Source: Mustelus asterias (lineage: Eukaryota). From it: a stretch of DNA of 64,000 bases. The translations under genes and the position numbers were made by a program. The DNA lies in assembly GCF_964213995.1 (NCBI RefSeq), contig NC_135830.1, forward strand, positions 6,448,001-6,512,000. The letters are read 5' to 3'. Below the pieces are notes generated by a model that was not told the DNA's origin, made no database searches, and saw only the letters and a program-made list of their open reading frames with translations. Of the stretch, positions 59,783 to 64,000 are shown piece by piece (position 1 is the stretch's first letter; each line of letters opens with the position of its first letter).

Positions 59783-60481
59783 TAAGTATTTCACTGAGTA
59801 CTGGAACCATGTGAGGAATTACTCTGTCTGTATTATTGCAGTGCTGTTAATAAAGTCAGTAAAAGACAATCTGTTGTTGGGGATTTGATTATCTGGTGTC
59901 TGAAACTACAAGGTTCAATATTTAGAGTCAATAAGATGAACAAAGAAACACATCAGAGCCCAATACTCCAGCTGGATATTCACAGGAGAAAGTCTGGTAT
60001 CTAATACCTTGAGTGGAGCGAACAGAGAAAGATCCCAACGGTAAAGAACCTGCAAATTATTTAGAAATAGGTTTCTAATGTTGACAGATTTCAACAGTCA
60101 GTTTCTATCACAGTGAAGTCAATGGAAGGTGAGAGATGGTTGAAGGTTCCAGATAGAAATGTAACTTGATGTTATCATTACCTTACATTGTAGATCCAGG
60201 AATGTCACACAAACATTTTCAATCTTCGTACTATTTTCAGACTGTAAAGTTAAACCTGCCGTTTTACTTTCAGTCAGGAACAGATCCCAGTTTTACACCA
60301 ATCTCTGATTTGACAGCATGTTTCCAGCATTCTTCCTGACTCTAAACATAGTTGTAAAGGAGCTTCTGTTCCATATCTAGGAGCTCTAAACCATGGAAGA
60401 GAGTGGCTTCCTCACACACATCAGGATTAACCCACACATTCAGTCTTCAATATGATTAAAAGCAGAATCTAATTCTTGCAG

Positions 60482-61444
60482 TCATTTGTGAACTCGCTGG
60501 TGTGTCACAAGCTGTGATGACTGAGTGAATCCCTTCCCACACTCAGAGCAGGTGAATGGCCTCTCCCCAGTGTGAACTCGCTGGTGTTTCAGGAGTTGGG
60601 AAGACTGAGAGAATCTTTTCCCACAAACAGAGCAGGTGAATAGCCTCTCCTTAGTATGAACTTGTTGGTGCACCAGACTGTCTGATGACTGAATGAATCC
60701 CTTAGCACACATGGAGCAGGTGAATGGCCTCTCTCCAATGTGAACTCGCTGGTGCAACAGAAGCTGGTATGACTGAGTGAATCCCTTCACACTCTCAGAG
60801 CAGATGAATGGTCTGTTCCCAGTGTGAACCTGCTGGTGTGTCACAAGGTGGGATGTCTGAGTGAATCCCTTCCCACACACACAGCAAATAAATGGCCTCT
60901 CCTCAGTGTGAACTCGCTGGTGTGGTTGAGTGAATCCCTTTTCACACACACAGCAAGTGAATGGCCTCACCCCAATGTGATGTCGCTGGTGAATTAGCAA
61001 GTCAAATGACTGAACAAATCTCTTCCCACTCACACACAAGATGAACAGTTTCTCCCCAGTGTGAAGTCGCTGGTGTATTTGCAGATACTTCTTGCTTTTA
61101 AAGCTCTTCTCACAGTCAGAACATTTAAAAAGTCTCTGATCACTGTGTACATGTTGATGTTCAGTGACCTGGGATGACTGAGTGAATTTGTTGCCACACA
61201 CAGGCCTGGTGAATGCGCTCTCCTCAGTGTGAACTTGCTCATGAGCCAGGAGGTCACATGAGTCAGCAAATTCCTTCCCAAACATGGAGCATCTGAACAG
61301 CCTCTCCTGGGTATGAACTGGCTGGTGTGTCGACAGACTGGATAACTGAGTAAATCCATCTCCACACATGGAGAAGGTGAAAGGTCCCTCCCCAGTGTGA
61401 CTGCATTGATCATGTCCCAGTTCAAAAGGGAAAATTAATCCCAT
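60482..61444 (-). CDS. ZNF gene 11, open 320-aa frame but only ~5 of 12 fingers retain all Zn ligands and spacing (degenerating gene or pseudogene)
   Basis: Cys losses (FSMC, CSMF, TRPVC, CVSG, CSES) and an in-frame deletion (GFTQPHQRVH); ancestral MEKPW start lost. Confidence 0.6.
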   Translation of the reverse strand: MGLIFPFELGHDQCSHTGEGPFTFSMCGDGFTQLSSLSTHQPVHTQERLFRCSMFGKEFADSCDLLAHEQVHTEESAFTRPVCGNKFTQSSQVTEHQHVHSDQRLFKCSDCEKSFKSKKYLQIHQRLHTGEKLFILCVSGKRFVQSFDLLIHQRHHIGVRPFTCCVCEKGFTQPHQRVHTEERPFICCVCGKGFTQTSHLVTHQQVHTGNRPFICSESVKGFTQSYQLLLHQRVHIGERPFTCSMCAKGFIQSSDSLVHQQVHTKERLFTCSVCGKRFSQSSQLLKHQRVHTGERPFTCSECGKGFTQSSQLVTHQRVHK

Positions 61445-62091
61445 CCCACAGTCACCATATGTCCACGCTTTCTCCGCGATTCAATTATTCATTTGTCTCT
61501 CCAGGTTGGATGATCAGTTGGAGCCTCACACAGAACACCTGTACATTTCTCCACACTGAATGGTATGATGTTTTTTCAGGCTGTTTAATGGTTAAAGTTC
61601 TTTCCACAGTCAGTTCACTGGAACACTCTCACTCGGGTGTATGTGTGTCTCGGTGCTTTTCCAGTTACACTGATGTTTAAAATCTTTCCCCACAGACAGA
61701 ACAGACAAACATTTCTCCTTCCACATTCAGAGGTTGATGATATTCAGGTCCTGATGAATCAAGTGACTGTCAGATTTTGATATGATGTTTGTTCTGACTT
61801 TCCCATCTGGAAATTCTCTCCCTCGAACTCCCTGCAAAAGGAGTTTACAGAAGTTATCAGTGTAAGTACAGGACATAAATTCAGAGCAAACAATTCTGTG
61901 CCCCACACACACTTCTCCCTCTCTGCTCATTGCTCGATTCAGTTTCTAGTCTTCTCTCTTGGTTCTCTCCCCTCCTGTCCTCAAACTGGTGACACTGGCT
62001 GTGGATCAATCCCACTCCGTCACTCTCATTCTCACAAATAATGCAGCTCACAACAACAATTTAACGAAGGGTCATCTGGACTCGAAACGTT

Positions 62092-62172
62092 CTAAATGTT
62101 AGCGACGCCAAGATCACAGACACCGCCACCTATTTCTGTGCAGTGAAGATCAATATCGGTCGTACAAAAACC
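62092..62172 (+). pseudogene. 3' remnant of an antigen-receptor V segment with damaged RSS
   Basis: LNVSDAKITDTATYFCAV (FR3 D-x-A-x-Y-F-C), CAGTG at 62141-62145, perfect nonamer ACAAAAACC at 62164-62172. Confidence 0.6.
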
Positions 62173-62824
62173 GGCAGAAGAACAGTCCTGGCATGTTTGT
62201 AGCCTGTGCTTCATCAGAGAACTGGGCATTTATATAAAGCTGTCCCTGGAAAACTTTCTCCAGTCTCCCAGTAAGTGAAATATATTCCTGATCTGCGTTC
62301 CTTATTTAACTTCAGACGAGAAGGAACAACATACTGTTAGATGTGAGTTATTGCCTGTCCGAATCTACACCAGGCACAGTTGCTGTCCAAGGACCTTTCT
62401 GATGTCCTGGTTGTGCTGTTCGGTGATTTGCTTTCTAAAGGACCATTTTTCACTTCATTGGTTAAATTCAATCCCAGACTTTTATACATTTTGTTTTTGA
62501 TATAGAACCCAGTGACACAGACTCACTGCCTTGGGATCCTTTTCAGTTAACTGGCAGGATGAACAGCCCATAATGAGCGGCATTACTGCACGCCTGTCGG
62601 TATTCTCCACCTCGGCCGGCACACTATGTTCCAAGTTATTTACTGAGCTGATATCACTTGGGGTACAGTTATGAATTCTGATTTCCCAGACAGGCTCCCC
62701 ATTGATTTCAACAAGGGCAGGGACAGCAATCCAAACGTTTGATATAAAAACCTGACTCTGTAAAGCTAGAAAGAAACTAATGTCTCAGGTAAAGGCCCCA
62801 AAAACATTTGACCGAATGCGCTGA

Positions 62825-63122
62825 GGTTTATGTGCTTTTCCTGACGCTGTGCCTCACAGCATAGTAATCGGCCGTTCCATCCTCCGCGCTCATGCCGCCT
62901 ATACTGAGGAACCAGACTCGTCAACAGCCATCACAAATGTTGCTGAGATTTTCCCTTTCCCAGTGCTAATTTTTTTTAGTGCTAATTACCCATCCTGGGT
63001 GCTCTGCCTATTTCTGCTGATGCAATTGCATAGTTGATCTGATTATTCACAATCTAACTGCGCTAAACCTTCTTCTTGCACAGTTAACGGCACCAGAGAC
63101 TGAGTTACTGCACATATTCCGC
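62825..63122 (-). pseudogene. TCR alpha/delta-like V pseudogene exon with RSS
   Basis: Acceptor TTTTACAG|; GICAVTQSLVPLTVQEEGLAQLDCE* (FR1); QQK..RAP..WVIS (FR2, frameshifted); LSIGGMSAEDGTADYY-AVR (FR3, Cys codon missing); CACAGCG-11 nt-ACATAAACC. Confidence 0.7.
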
Positions 63123-63223
63123 CTGTAAAAGTAGATAAATAAGAGTCCAAGGTTAAAGAGGAACGATATATCTGTATGTGTGCGTAAGTTTCCATTTTAC
63201 AACCTGTCCATATATAAATACAT

Positions 63224-63553
63224 GGGCGGCACGGTAGCACAGTGGTTAGCACTGCTGCTTCACAGCTCCAGGGACCTGGGTTCGATTCCCGGCTCGGGTC
63301 ATTGTCTGTGTGGAGTTTGCACATTCTCCTCGTGTCTGCGTGGGTTTCCTCCGGGTGCTCCGGTTTCCTCCCACTGTCCAAAGATGTGCGGGTTAGGTTG
63401 ATTGGCCATGCTAAAATTGCCCCTTAGTGTTCTGAGATGTGTAGATTAGCGGGTAAATATGTAGGGATATGGGGGTAGGGCCTGGGTGGGATTGTGATCG
63501 GTGCAGACTCGATGGGCCGAATGGCCTCTTTCTGTTCTGTATGATTTCTATGA
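63224..63553 (+). mobile_element. HE1-type V-SINE, young, in the presumed V leader intron
   Basis: Complete head, core and tail. Confidence 0.92.
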
Positions 63554-63849
63554 TATATATATTATATACATATATACCGTGAACTATATTAAATCAGATT
63601 ACAATCTATTGTCGTCAATCTGCTAAACTGTGTTAATGAACATAATTCTTCACTTACTGTCACATAGCGCCGCCAGTCTGTCTGACTGAGTATCTCAGTG
63701 AATGGGAATGGGATGATTGAGACACAATGCAGGGACCAGCCCCATTGTGACCTCACTCAGGAACACATCCCTTTTGGCTTCGGCGTTGGACCCACGTGAC
63801 CTTCTAATGAGCATGCAGGGATTCGGTGCCCTCTGCTGGCAGATTCTGT

Positions 63850-64000
63850 TCACAGTAAGAAATCTCACAACACCAGGTTAAAGTCCAATGGGTTTATTTG
63901 GTAGCAAACACCATAAGCTTTCGGAGCGCTGCTCCTTCGTCAGATGGAGTGGAAATGTGCTCTCAAACAGTGCACAGAGACACAAAATCAAGTTACAGAA
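63850..64000 (-). mobile_element. Penelope-like 3' end with hammerhead motif (63911-63947); continues beyond the window
   Basis: Reverse complement matches 37682-37835; CCAU-CUGACGA-A-GGAGCAGCGCUCC-GAAA-GC-UU-AUGG. Confidence 0.82.

Noticed and set aside
62310-62640. Additional V-segment fragments (REGTT..VRCE; VTQT..HYC..CAC)
   Set aside because: Too short and degenerate, and no credible RSS; needs an HMM search.

Overview
Vertebrate genomic DNA, very probably a shark/cartilaginous fish (HE1-type V-SINEs, Deu-domain SINEs, CR1 LINEs and Penelope tails typical of elasmobranchs). The window is a birth-and-death cluster of 11 tandem C2H2 zinc-finger genes: about 6 with clean ORFs, the rest frameshifted, stop-interrupted or degenerate. 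In each, the zinc-finger array sits in one coding exon with no visible KRAB/SCAN/BTB domain, and appears to be driven from a CpG-rich NRF1/YY1/CCAAT promoter cassette with a non-coding first exon; several genes form head-to-head inverted duplicates. Between genes lie many CR1, Rex1 and L2 fragments, SINEs, a solo LTR, Penelope ends with minimal hammerhead ribozymes and minisatellites. One CR1 LINE is full length and intact (esterase ORF1, APE-RT ORF2), and its ORFs are joined by a U_UUA_AAC -1 slippery site. At the right end are decayed T-cell-receptor-like V segments with recombination-signal sequences. All calls come from reading the sequence by eye; repeat boundaries are approximate.
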